The notes under the pieces are model-generated. The model was given only the letters and a program-made list of their open reading frames with translations, was not told where the DNA came from and searched no databases. A stretch of 64,000 nt of DNA, taken from NCBI RefSeq assembly GCF_030684315.1, contig NC_081361.1:17473861-17537860 (forward strand). The letters are read 5' to 3'. This stretch comes from Stegostoma tigrinum. Its lineage: Eukaryota. Numbering within the stretch: the first letter of the stretch is position 1; the number at the start of each line of letters is the position of its first letter. The translations under genes were made by a program, and so were the position numbers. Shown here one piece after another: positions 38,190 to 49,990 of the stretch.

Positions 38190-40430
38190 GGGTACATTAA
38201 AAGACAGTAATTAAAGTAAGCATAGGAACTTGGAGGATATGACTATAGAATTGATAATGGGAAACAGGTAAGCAGATGATTTTAAATCAATACTTTTACA
38301 ATGGTCTTCATGGTAGGGGATAATATAAATACCCCAAAGAATACAAATAAGCAAGATGCTATTAAGAGAAGAGGCCTTGTTGTAGGCTCTATAATGAGGG
38401 ACAAAGTATTTCACAAACTAATGGGGCTAAAGGTAAACTAGGACCTGATAGCCTGCATCCAAAAAATTTAAAGAAGGTGGCTGCAGAGATAGTGAAGATA
38501 TTGGTCTAAAATCGTGAGAATTCACTGGATTTGAGGAGGGTTCCTGTGGATTGGAAAACTGCTTATGTGACAACCCTGTTCAAGAAGGGATGGAAACAGA
38601 AAGCAGCAAACTGTAGGCTGGCTAACATCTGTTATTAGGAAAATTATTAAGGAAGAGATAGTGGGGCATTTAGAAAGGTTGAATGCAACCAGATAGTATC
38701 AACATGGTTTTGTGAAAGGGAAATTGAACTTTGGCTTTTGTTGCTAGAGAGTTGCAGTTTGAAAACAGTAAAAACCTTGTTACAACTGTACAGGGTCTTA
38801 GTGAGGTCGCACCTGGAATATGGTGTACGGTTTAATCCCTGTATTTTAAAAATGTGTATACTGGTATTGAGGACTATACAAAAGTGCTTCACTGGACGAC
38901 TACTTCTGATGAAGTATTTGATAAATTAATTATCCCCGAAAAATAAGGGAAGCTCACCTTTCCCTTGTAATCTGTTAAAAGAGGGGTTAAATGAAAGAAA
39001 ATCCCTGATTCAGTTTATAAATAACAAGAAACAATTCCTTTATTTAACCCGAACAATGAACAAAATAACAGAATTGCTAACAAAGCAAACAATACTCCTA
39101 TAGACTACAAACTACTCCCTAACTGACCTAAATTCTACTGGAATGCTGTTCAAATAAACACAAGTCCCACTTATATAAACCCAGTTAATAACACAACAAT
39201 AAATTAAAACTTAATCTCTCCAAAGTTCACACAGACTGTCTTCTGCAACACTGTGCCTTCTCCAGCCTTTTTCCTGTCGATCTCACATACCAAATGTCTG
39301 TCTTCCGCTGTTTCTGCTGTCAGGGATGTTTTCCTCTGCATTCATTTAAGTGAGGACTTTTAGCAAGAACTGCCATGGTACCTTTTTATTAATTATATTG
39401 TGCTTTCTCTGAGAGCTGAATGGTGTTGTCTCTTGGCAGTTGGCTCTCCCTGAAATACCCTCATCTTTATACTCATGATGACATAACAATATTTCTCATG
39501 TAGGATTGCTGTTCCCAACGCCATCAGATTTAAATTTAGTAGGTTTTTAGCATCTCAGGGCTTGGTTTAAATTGATTGGTTTAAATTTGAAAAGACCTGT
39601 TGTCTTGGTAAAAATGCTGCTTGGCTGTTTGCTACAAAATGTTTCCATTCGGGCGCTGTTTCTGTGCACCTGCACTTCAAGTTGCTGGTCAGATATCCAT
39701 TTTAACACTGAGCAGTGAAAAAACGCCATTTTTCAAGGTATGATGCACTGCTTTTCCCCACTATCATTTTTTACCAATATATTCTAACTTCCTGCCTTCT
39801 AATTCATGAATACTCTACACAACTTCGTAACAGAAGAATGAGGGTGAACTTATTGAAACGTACAAGATTCTGAGGGGCCTCGACAGGGTAGATGTTAGGA
39901 TGTTCCCACTTGTGGGGGAATCTCAAATCAGGGACATAATTGCAGAATAAGTGCACACTTACTTAAAAATGAGAAGCAAAAGAATTTCTTCTGTCAGAGC
40001 ATAGTGAATGTCTGGAATTTTCTACCCTGGAGGGAGTTATGGAGGCTAGATCACTTAAAGAGAAGGTCACCGATGGTAAGAACTGCAGATGCAGGTGTCA
40101 GAGAAGACTCAATGTGGAGACCCCTCTTTTCTCTATTTATTTCTGAGCTCCCTTCCCACCTCCCATTTCTGAAGAAGGGTCCTAACCCAAAACATCAACT
40201 TTCCTGCTCCTTTGATGCTGCCTGGCCTACTATGTTCCTCCAGCTCCACACTGTGTCATTTTCAAAGAGGAGGTACAGAGTTTTGAAATATCAGGAATTT
40301 GACACCTAGGCAGAGCTAGCCTGAAAGAGGTGTTGAAATCTGGCGCAGATCCACTGTGATCTTGTTGCACAGTGAGACAGGCTTCGGGGTCCAAATGGCC
40401 TACTCCAGTGTCTATTTCTTATGTTCTTAC
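38190..40430 (+). mobile_element. Degenerate CR1 LINE interrupted by an LTR-like insert and a short PLE remnant (about 40070-40260)
   Basis: LLQLYRVLVRSHLEYGV. The CR1 resumes at 39833 (gaagaatgagggtgaacttattgaaac). Confidence 0.7.
38915..39832 (-). mobile_element. LTR-like insertion (possible solo LTR)
   Basis: Interrupts a CR1. The minus strand begins TGTTACG and has CCAAT-, TATA- and AATAAA-like motifs in the expected order. The left boundary and TSD are unresolved. Confidence 0.4.
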
Positions 40431-41269
40431 ATCTTGGTCTTTCTGTGTGTAGGGTAATCTGGTCAATGTAATCATCCTGGTACCTAGCTTGCAATTCTCA
40501 TCAAAGTAATATCTTTGGAGATTATTTACTGATTCGATTGTGTTGTGTGGTTCATTCTACCAGAGCAGGTATGGTTTGGTGAGTCTCCTGAATTGTGACT
40601 ATACAAAGATGTATGCATACTGGTAGTCCTGCCACTGCTGGTCCAGTGATAACCATCAGATGGAAAATTCAGGAATCCAAGCTGAACTTGAGTGTTGGCA
40701 CACAATATGATTCTGCCAAAATGGAAAATTGGTGATCTGTTATTCAATGAGAAATGATCTCTCATGAGTTGTACCATCAAGTACCACTTCGTGAGTTACG
40801 TCTTTTAGGATGTGTTGTGGTGATATGTTCACATTAGCTGTCATTGTCAGTTTTAGCTGTTAATATGTGTTGTACTGCCTTCTCAGGACAAATGATAATT
40901 AATAGCTGTAAAAGGTTCTGGTTATCTCAACATTGAAATGCTGTGTGACAGTAATGATATGGAAAGTTGGTCATGTTCAGCAGTTTGCCTTTCACTCATA
41001 TGAATCTCACTAATGTGTTTGTACTTGTGCATCTTCTAAGCATTTTCCTTGTGTTGTGGTTCTGTACTGTATTGATGACCACTTGTGTTTTATTCTATCA
41101 TTTAGGTCAGCAGATTTCTTGCAAATAAGTCCACAAGTGCTCTGCAGATGTCAACACAGGCTAGACAGCTTTTGAGCAGGTGTGACAAACTGTATTTTTT
41201 TTCCAATTTGTTAGTTTTATGTGCTTTGCTGACCCCAACAATAAAATTACATGTACCTAAAGCATGTAA

Positions 41270-42003
41270 TTCTTGTGGTTGGTTGGCTTGTCAAGCTGGT
41301 TCATTGTTTTTCTGCAGACATTTCGTTACGATGCTGGGTAACATCATCAGTGCATCCTCTGATGAAACGCTAATGTGTTTTCCCTTCTGTTATTTGAACT
41401 CTGGAGTCCATTGAGCTGAGTTACCTCACTTCTAGTTTTCCTTGGCAGTGGAGTATATATTGGGGTTGAGCTCTATGTGTTTGTTGATGGCTTTCGTCGT
41501 GGAGTACCAGGTTACTAGGAATTCCCTTGTCTCTGTTTTGCTTGCCCCAGGGATCTTTCTGTCATCCCAGTTGAATTGGTGGTTCTCCTTATCCCTGTGG
41601 GATAGAGATGAGTGAGTATAGGTCGTGTCTTTTTGCAGCCAATTGACATTCATGTACGCTTGTTAATTTCCTTCCTGTTTGTCCGATGTAGTATTTGTCA
41701 GAAAAACTGGGTCAGAAGATGTGTATTACATGAACGACACCAGAAAGATACTACATGCCCCGACACACTCATCACGCTACCTTACATCAGGAACACATCT
41801 GAACTGACCACAAGACTTCAACAACCACCGGGCATCAGAGTAGCACACAAACCCACATCAACCCTATGACAACTGCTGACGCGAACCAAAGACCAACTAG
41901 CCACTGTTGAGAGGATCAGTATCATGTACAAGATTCCCTGCAGAGACTTGATAAACACTACATCGGACAAATGGGAAGGAAATTAACAACAAGGGTATGT
42001 GAA
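41270..42003. mobile_element. Penelope/Poseidon-type PLE remnant (minus 3' arm plus plus-strand RT-EN linker)
   Basis: HQFNWDD..I...REFLVTWYSTTKAINKHIEL on minus. TLPYIRNTSELTTRL...RVAHKP and YKIPC..YIGQMGRKL on plus. Confidence 0.8.
41313..41354 (-). ncRNA. Minimal hammerhead ribozyme motif
   Basis: TGCA-CTGATGA-t-GTTAC-ccagcatc-GTAAC-GAAA-TGTC-TGCA: 4-bp stem I, 5-bp stem II, and one C>T change in the ACGT palindrome. Confidence 0.65.
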
Positions 42004-42039
42004 AATGGTGTTGTCGTGCAGTGAAAATATGTGTAGAAA

Positions 42040-44595
42040 TTACAAATACGAAAAGAAAAATCACTTTGATGGGATTGTACTATAGGCCTCCCCAATAGTA
42101 AGAAGGAAATTGGAAAGCAAATATGTAGAGAGAGATCTCAGATATGTATAAGCATAGTAAGGCTGTAATGTAATGCCACCATCAATTTAAAAGTTTGGAT
42201 GGTGAAGAATTTGTCAACCGTGTTCAATAAAGTTTTCTTTTTCAATATACGGTGCTCCTACTAGAGAAGGAGCAAAACCACACCCTCTTTTGGGCAATAA
42301 GGCAGGGCAGATGACTGAAGTAAGAGTGGGGGAACACTTTGCATCTAGGTATCGTAATTCTATATTTTCAAAATGACTATGAAAAAGGATAAGCCTTCCA
42401 TAAAAGTTTTTAATTGGAGTAAGGCAAATTTTAATGGTATGAGACAAAAGCTTTGAAAAGTTGATTTCAAAGTAGACTGTTCGCAGGTAAAAGGATGTCT
42501 AAGAAATGGTAGGCGTTCAAGAGTATGATGACCAGAGTTCGGAGGCATTTTGATCCTGTTAGAGTGAAGGATAAGGCTGGTAAAATTAAGGAACCGTGGA
42601 TGAATATCGATATTGAGGCTCTAGTCAAGAATAAAAGAGAATCTTCTTTTAGATATGAACACCTTCACTCAATTGAATCTCTTAAGAATGTCCCTGTACT
42701 CTTTATTTTGATTAAGAGAGAAACCAGAAATGCAAAGGAAGAATATGAGATAACATTGGCAGATAAGGTATAGGATAAGCGAAAGGGATTCTACAAATAC
42801 ATTAAGAGCAAGAGGGTAATTAGAGAGAGGGTTCAGCCTCTTAAAGATCGAAGAGGTCATCTTTATGTTGAACTCCAGGAGATGGGAACATATTGAATTC
42901 ATATATCCCGTCAGTTTTTACTATATAGTAAAAACTGTTATCCATCTATTGCAAGGGGAATTTAATGCAAAAGGAGAAGGTTGTTGGAGTTCTTTTAGAC
43001 TCCAAAAGAAATGGAGTTTAGAAAGTGCAGAGAAATAAACTTTGATACTTTAAAAACAGTTCACTTTACAGAAGAGAAAGTTTGGGAGGTCTTAGGGAAT
43101 ATAAAGACAGATATATCTCTGGGACCTGATCTAATGTATCCTAGAATGTTGTAGGAAGTAAGGGAGGAAATTACGATACCTGTTGTGGAAATATTTGCAA
43201 CACCTATAACTGTGGGTGAGGTGCCTGATGACTGGAGGGTGACTAACGTACCTTTATTTGAGAAAGGTTGTAAGGAGAAACCAGAGAACTATAGACATGT
43301 GAGTCTGACTTCGGCTGTGGGTAATTTGTTGAAGGTGATTAAAAAGAAATGATTTATGGACATTTAGAGAGGCAAAAATTGATGAGTGATAGCATAATTT
43401 TGTGTGAGGAAATTTGTGTCTCAAACTTGATTTGAGCTTTTTTCAGGAAGTTACCAAAAAGATTGATGGCAGAGCAGTAGGTTTTGGTGAAGCCTTTAAC
43501 CAGGTTCTGCATGGTAGACTAATTAATGAAATTAGGTCCCGTGGGATTCAGGGTGAGTTTGTCAGTTGGATACATAATTGACTTAATGGCAGGAGACAGA
43601 GTAATGGTAGAGGGCTGCTTTTTGGACTGGATAGCCTGCGACCACAGGTGTTCCACAGGAAGCAGTTCCAGATCCTCTTTGTCATTTACATAAATGATTT
43701 GGAGGAGAATACAGAAGGCATGGTTAGTAAGTTTGTGAATGACACCAAAATTGGTGGCATAGTACACATTGAAGAAGGTTTTCTAACATTACAGAAGGAT
43801 CTTGATCAAATGGATCAATCGGCTGAAAAATAGCAGATGGAGTTCACTCTGGATAATGTGAGGTATTGCATTTTGGTGCAACAAACAAGGGTAGGGATTA
43901 TATAATTAATGGTAGGGCCTATGTTGTAGAACAGGGGGACCTAGGGGTGCAGGTATATAATTCTTTGAAGTTGGCGTCATATATAGACAGGGTGGTTTAA
44001 AAGGTATTTGCCTTCATTGCTCAGTCGTTTGAGTATAGGAGTTGGGAAGTCATCGTTGAGGTTGTACAGGACATTGAGGCATCTTCTGGAATACTGTATC
44101 CTGTTCTGGTTACCCAGTTATAGAAAAGGTTCGGAAGAGGTTTACCAGCATGTTGCCGTATGTGGAAAGTTTGAGTCATAAAGAAAGGCTGAATAGATTG
44201 GTCTTATTTCACTGGAGCATCGGAAGTTGAGAGGTGACCTGATCGAAGTTTGTAAAATAATAAGAGGTATAGATAGAGTTAATGGTAGTTATGATGGGAG
44301 ATTTCAAGACTAAAGGAGACATTTTTCAGGTAAGAGGAGAGAGACTTTATAAAAGACGTGAGGCAATTTTTTTTTACTCAGATGGTGGTTCGTGTGTGGA
44401 ATGAACTTCCTGAAGAAGTGGTGGATGTGAATACAGTTACAACGTTTAAAAGACATTTGGATAAGTACATGAACAGGAAAGGTTTGGAGGGATATGGCAG
44501 GAACAGGCACGTGGGACTAGTTTAGTTTGGGATTATGTTCAGCATAGACTGGTTGAACCAAAGGGTCTGTTTCCATGCTCTATGTTTCTATGTCT
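42040..44595 (+). mobile_element. Long degenerate CR1 LINE ORF2 and 3'UTR
   Basis: EPWMNIDIEALVK, GPDLMYPRML, LFVIYINDLEENTEGMVSKFVNDTKIGG. Confidence 0.85.
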
Positions 44596-44749
44596 CGAAG
44601 TGTTTGCCTTCAAATTGTCTTTGCAAGCCGTTGCACTACACTCTGCTTCTTAAAAAAAAACTTTTGTTCATTTCTTTTCGTGATTTTGCTTCTCCTTATC
44701 ATTTTTCTCTGTTGTGGCTTGCAATTGCATAAGGCTTATATGTCAGGAG

Positions 44750-45400
44750 AGTCAGAAATCAGAAAACTTAATAGAATGTTATCATCTGTTGCAAGGGGGA
44801 TTGAATGTGAAAGGAGAAGGTTGTATTTCATGGTGGAAACACATTCGGTATGCTGTGCACTGTATTTGGTCTCCTTGGTTAAGGAAGAATGTAAATGTAT
44901 TGGAAGAAGTCCAAATAATGTTGACTAGATTAATCCCTAAAATAGGCAAAATGTCTCAAGGAAAGGTTAGACCCACAAACTTTTATCTGTTGGTATTTAG
45001 AAATTTATGTGGTGACTTTATTGAAATATGATAGATTCTGAGGGGGTCATAACAGGTTAGATGTGGAGAGGATGTTTCCTCTTATGGGAGAATCTGGAGT
45101 TAGGTGTCATTATTTAAAACCAGAGGCTGCTAATTTAGAACAGAGATGAGTTATGCTTTGTTTTTTTTCTACCAAAACATCGTTAGCCTTTGGAGCTGTC
45201 TTCCTGAAAAGACAGTGGAAGCAGAATCTTTTGAATTTTTTTTAAGGCATAGGTGGGTATATTCTTGATAAGCAAAGGGGTGAAAGGCTATCGGGAGTAG
45301 ACAGGGAATGTGGCTTTGTAGTTACAATCACATTAGCCATCGTGTTATTAACTGGCGGACCTGACTCGATGTGCTGAATGACCTGCTTCTCATAAGATTT
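44750..45400 (+). mobile_element. CR1 LINE 3' fragment
   Basis: WSPWLRKNVNVLEEVQIMLTRLIP. Confidence 0.7.
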
Positions 45401-45759
45401 TATGTCCACTGGCCTGCGTCAACTTAAGATTCTCCTTTAAGAATTGCAGGCTGTAGTAGCAGATTTGTTGAAAATGAGGGATCCACCTGAGGTCTGGACA
45501 TGGGTAAGCCTTTTTAATGTTGAAAATGACAGCTAGCAGCTCTTTGGAATAGTGCTTTAATTACTGCTTAACTTTATTAAAAGAATTGGATTCATCTTTT
45601 CTGTTTTAAAGATAGAGAGGGAGATGTAGTGTATATAGTACTTCACTACAGGTCTGTAATGTAAAGTTTTGAATGTATTTCTAAGTTCAGCCTTGTTATT
45701 TTGCAGCAAGACGTCCTGAGATATTTTTTGTTTAAAGTTTTCAAGAAGATTTGTAGCAC

Positions 45760-46370
45760 GGGTTGTGGACATGCAACCAAACCCACTGGTTTGGCAAGCA
45801 AACGTTTCATCACCCTGCTCAGTAACAATGTCAGTGCGCCTCTGGTGAAGTTTCGCTGTTGTGTTCCTTGTTATTTATACATCGATAAATATTGACCTCA
45901 CCAAAGAAACAATTGCCACGCTGCTGGACATATCATGAAAGCAGGCAACCCAGGACGACATCAACGTCAAAAAGGACACCACCATGAAACTACAATCAGA
46001 TTAGCCATCCTGTTATTAACTGGCGGACCTGACTCGATGTGTTGAATGACCTGCTCCTCATAAATTTTTATGTTCACTGGCCTGCGTCATCTTAAGATTC
46101 TCCTTTAAGAATTGCAGGCTGTATTAGCAGCTTTTTTGTTGATTTTCACACTGAATAAGGTGTGATGACATCACAGAAGTTTTTATTTTTACACCAATTT
46201 GGGAAAAGAAAATGAGGGATTGTACCTCACAACCCACTTCACCTTCGACAGCATATACAGACAAATCAATGGAATACCAATGGGATCCCCAATATCAGGA
46301 CTGATTGCAGAAGCAGAAATGCAAAGGTTAGAATGGACAGCACTCCCCACTATACAATGCAAACTGTATG
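45760..46370. mobile_element. PLE remnant: decayed hammerhead end (minus) and RT fragment (plus), split by a locally copied segment
   Basis: TSINIDLTKETIATLL...KDTTMKL | LTTHFTF..YRQINGIPMGSPISGLIAEAEMQRLE, which contains the PLE RT G.PMGSP.S motif. Confidence 0.8.
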
Positions 46371-46379
46371 ACTGTTTTT

Positions 46380-46665
46380 TTAGATTAGATTACCTACAGT
46401 GTGAAAACAGGCCCTTCGGCCCAACAAGTCCACACTGCCCCTTGGAGCATCCCACCCAACCATGAACACTACGGGCAATTTATCATGGCCGATCCACCTA
46501 GCCTGCTCATCTTTGGACTGTGGGAGGAGACCGTAGCACCCGGAGGAAACCCATGCAGACACGGGGAGAATGTACAAACTCCACACAGACTGTTACCCGA
46601 GACTGGAATCGAACCCCTGGTGCGGTGAGGCTGCAGTGCTAACAACTGAGCCACCTTGCCGCCCT
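46380..46665 (-). mobile_element. HE1-type V-SINE
   Basis: Reverse complement of the family at 23150-23480. Confidence 0.85.
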
Positions 46666-47176
46666 GTGTTTGTACTGACGGGTATTGATGTTGCTGATTG
46701 TCTGTCTCAATTCTCTGATGTCCGAAGCTGTTGTCCAGTTGGTTTTCAATTACTTTTCCAAAAATCTGCCGTCAAGATATTGGAGTCTTCTTTATAGATG
46801 ACCATTGCTATGGCTGCTAGGCATAATAGTAAGCTTATAATCCAGCTGGACATCTTACCTCATAAAAGCCAAAAGAGCTACAGGTGCTGTAAATCGGAAA
46901 AAATAGTATTCACTGGAAAAGCTGAGCAGGCCTGGCAGCATCTATGGAGAGAAATCAGAGTTAAATTTTTGGGTCGAGTGACCCTTCTTCAGAACTAGAT
47001 ACCTGACAAAGCAGTGTTTATGTTAAGATATCTCCCATAATATAAGAAAGCTGGTGCACATGTTGAGATCTTAAATAATTCAACAAACATTTATATCCAA
47101 ACATTATATTCGCAAGATAATAAAATGTGAGGCTGGATGAACACAGCAGGCCAAGCAGCATCTCAGGAGCACAAAA

Positions 47177-47210
47177 GCTGACGTTTCGGGCCTAGACCCT
47201 TCATCAGAGA
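47177..47210 (-). ncRNA. Minimal hammerhead motif (intact core)
   Basis: CTGATGA-a-GGGTCTAGGCCC-GAAA-CGTC-AG. Confidence 0.7.
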
Positions 47211-48386
47211 GGGGGATGGGGAGAGGGAACTGGAATAAATAGGGAGAGAGGGGGAGGCGGACCGAAGATGGAGAGTAAAGAAGATAGGTGGAGAGAGTGT
47301 AGGTAGGGAGGGGATAGGTCAGTCCAGGGAAGACGGACAGGTCAAGGAGGTGGGATGAGGTTAGTAGGTAGCTGGGGGTGCGGCTTGGGGTGGGAGGAAG
47401 GGATGGGTGAGAGGAAGAACCGGTTAGGGAGGCAGAGACAGGTTGGACTGGTTTTGGGATGCAGTGGGTGGGGGGGAAGAGCTGGGCTGGTTGTGTGGTG
47501 CAGTGGGGGGAGGGGACGAACTGGGCTGGTTTAGGGATGCAGTAGGGGAAGGGGAGATTTTGAAACTGTTGAAGTCCACATTGATACCATATGGCTGCAG
47601 GGTTCCCAGGCGGAATATGAGTTGCTGTTCCTGCAACCTTCGGGTGGCATCATTGTGGCAGTGCAGGAGGCCCATGATGGACATGTCATCTAGAGAATGG
47701 GAGGGGGAGTGGAAATGGTTTGCGACTGGGAGGTGCAGTTGTTTGTTGCGAACTGAGCGGAGGTGTTCTGCAAAGCGGTCCCCAGGCCTCCGCTTGGTTT
47801 CCCCAATGTAGAGGAAGCCGCACCGGGTACAGTGGATGCAGTATACCAGTATACCTCCCAGTCGCAAACCATTTCCACTCCCCCTCCCATTCTCTAGATG
47901 ACATGTCCATTATGGGCGTCCTGCAGTGCCACAATGATGCCACCCGAAGGTTGCAGGAACAGCAACTCATATTCCGCCTGGGAACCCTGCAGCCATATGG
48001 TATCAATGTGGACTTCACCAGTTTCAAAATCTCCCCTTCCCCTACTGCATCCCTAAACCAGCCCAGTTCGTCCCCTCCCCCCACTGCACCACACAACCAG
48101 CCCAGCTCTTCCCCCCCCCACCCACTGCATCCCAAAACCAGTCCAACCTGTCTCTGCCTCCCTAACCGGTTCTTCCTCTCACCCATCCCTTCCTCCCACC
48201 CCAAGCCGCACCCCCAGCTACCTACTAACCTCATCCCACCTCCTTGACCTGTCCGTCTTCCCTGGACCGACCTATCCCCTCCCTACCTCCCCACCTATAC
48301 TCTCTCCACCTATCTTCTTTACTCTCCATCTTCGGTCCGCCTCCCCCTCTCTCCCTATTTATTCCAGTTCCCTCTCCCCATCCCCC

Positions 48387-48420
48387 TCTCTGATGAAGGG
48401 TCTAGGCCCGAAACGTCAGC
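48387..48420 (+). ncRNA. Minimal hammerhead motif (intact core)
   Basis: CTGATGA 48390-48396, GAAA 48410-48413, GTC 48415-48417. Confidence 0.7.
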
Positions 48421-49779
48421 TTTTGTGCTCCTGAGATGCTGCTTGGCCTGCTGTGTTCATCCAGCCTCACATTTTATTATCTTGGAATTCTCCAGCATCT
48501 ACAGTTCCCATTATCTCTGATTATATTCGCAAGCACATGAGTGCCTGATATCAAATTAAGGCATGAAGTTACAAAGACAATATGTTTCCAGTAGCATGTC
48601 AAACTTTACATGATCAGTTAAGGTGGAGTGGTGACCTTTACATCCTCTCTCACTATGGTAATACCACGTTACAGCGACGACGTCATGAGTATTTTTCTTA
48701 AAGACATATTGTCATAACACAACAGCACTCCTCAGTATTAACCCTTTCAGTCTTTCTTTGTGTTTTGTTAACCTGCTTTATCTCTCAATTGCTTTTTCTG
48801 GTTCTGAATACAATACCTATATTGAGTTATGAAGTATTACATTTTGGTGGGAGGAGCAGGGAGAAGCAAAATAAAGGATACAATTCTAAAAAGTTTGAAT
48901 TCTAAAGATTCAAGAATTTGTGTATACTGCAGCTACAGATTTTCTTCTCTTCTCCGTTCCCTGTCTAATATGTACAGTAAGTTTATCCCCAGATGATGAT
49001 AGAGAGACAGGACTGGAATTTCCTTCCTGGTGTAAACTGGAAACCATCTGAGCTTCCTTTTCCCCTAGTCAATCTTTGAGATTTTCATGGGGGTGATCCC
49101 TTTTATTGAAATGGATACACCAGCAGGCAGAATGTCGGAGCTGAAAGGCCAGTCAGAAGCCTTTCAGCTTGCGATGAAGAGCAAGCCGCAACATAGGATG
49201 TTATATAATACACGGAGCCCTGCTCTCACCAGCTTCTTTAAAACCTCAAATAAAGAAAAACAGAGGAAGCTGCCAGACAATAGCTATTGAGGTTGGGAGG
49301 CAAAATCCCTTGACGGTAGCTGTTGGCAGTACCTGTATCCATGTAGACATGGAGAGAGTTAAATTTCTCTGTATCTCTGGCTCCCTGTCTACCATTAAGT
49401 GCAATGGTGGAGCCCAAAGGCATTCAAAAAGTGTCGCAGGATAAATCTAGCACCCATATGTCACTCGGTTTAACTTCTGTGCTGGGAATGCTTTTCAAAG
49501 CAATGATCCCAGACAAAATTAGCAGTGATTTATACAAGTGTAACTATTATAAGGAGAGATGGCACATAATCGTTTAAGCCAAATTGTTGACTGGGAGCAG
49601 AACAATTTGATCTTGCAGTCTGCCATGATGATTCTTTTTCTTCCATTGTCTTTCAGGGTGACAGAGGGTTTAAAACATCACCTCATACGCTCAAGTTCCC
49701 TTCTCAAATCAATTTGATGGAGTGTTTAAATGAGGTAACATAGGTGGCTGTTGAGAATATTGTGGTAGATGTGGTGTAA

Positions 49780-49990
49780 GGTAAAGTTGTATCGACCCAG
49801 AGAGCTGCACTCTCATTAAAGAGGGAGGTCTGATGGTGGGTTTAACCTGAGGGTTACCATGTCTCAAATGAGGGATGAGTTTGAGAAGTCAGGTCACCTT
49901 ATGCTGACATCAGCTGGTACAGGAATTGAACTTCCACTGTATACCCTGCGGCATAAGACAGCCATCCAGCCAACTGAGCTAAACAACCCC
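49780..49990 (-). mobile_element. tRNA-derived SINE of another family, nested in a decayed CR1 (about 49400-50660)
   Basis: Minus strand starts ggggttgtttagctcagttggc (A box) and has gttcaattcc (B box). Confidence 0.6.

Larger units (their letters stand above)
47113..48520. mobile_element. Young Neptune-type PLE fold-back insertion with a 14-nt target-site repeat
   Basis: GIY-YIG domain VYCIHCTRCGFLYIGETKRR.GDRFAEH...EQQLIFRLGTLQPYGIN. Near-identical inverted arms. attatattcgcaag at 47103-47116 and 48520-48533. Confidence 0.93.

Noticed and set aside
47424-48247. Functional stand-alone GIY-YIG nuclease genes (also 2134-2676 and 56155-56586)
   Set aside because: These are 5'-truncated PLE ends with no RT or promoter; their starts are non-ATG or lie in the inverted arm. 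The overlapping antisense ORFs result from the inverted repeat.
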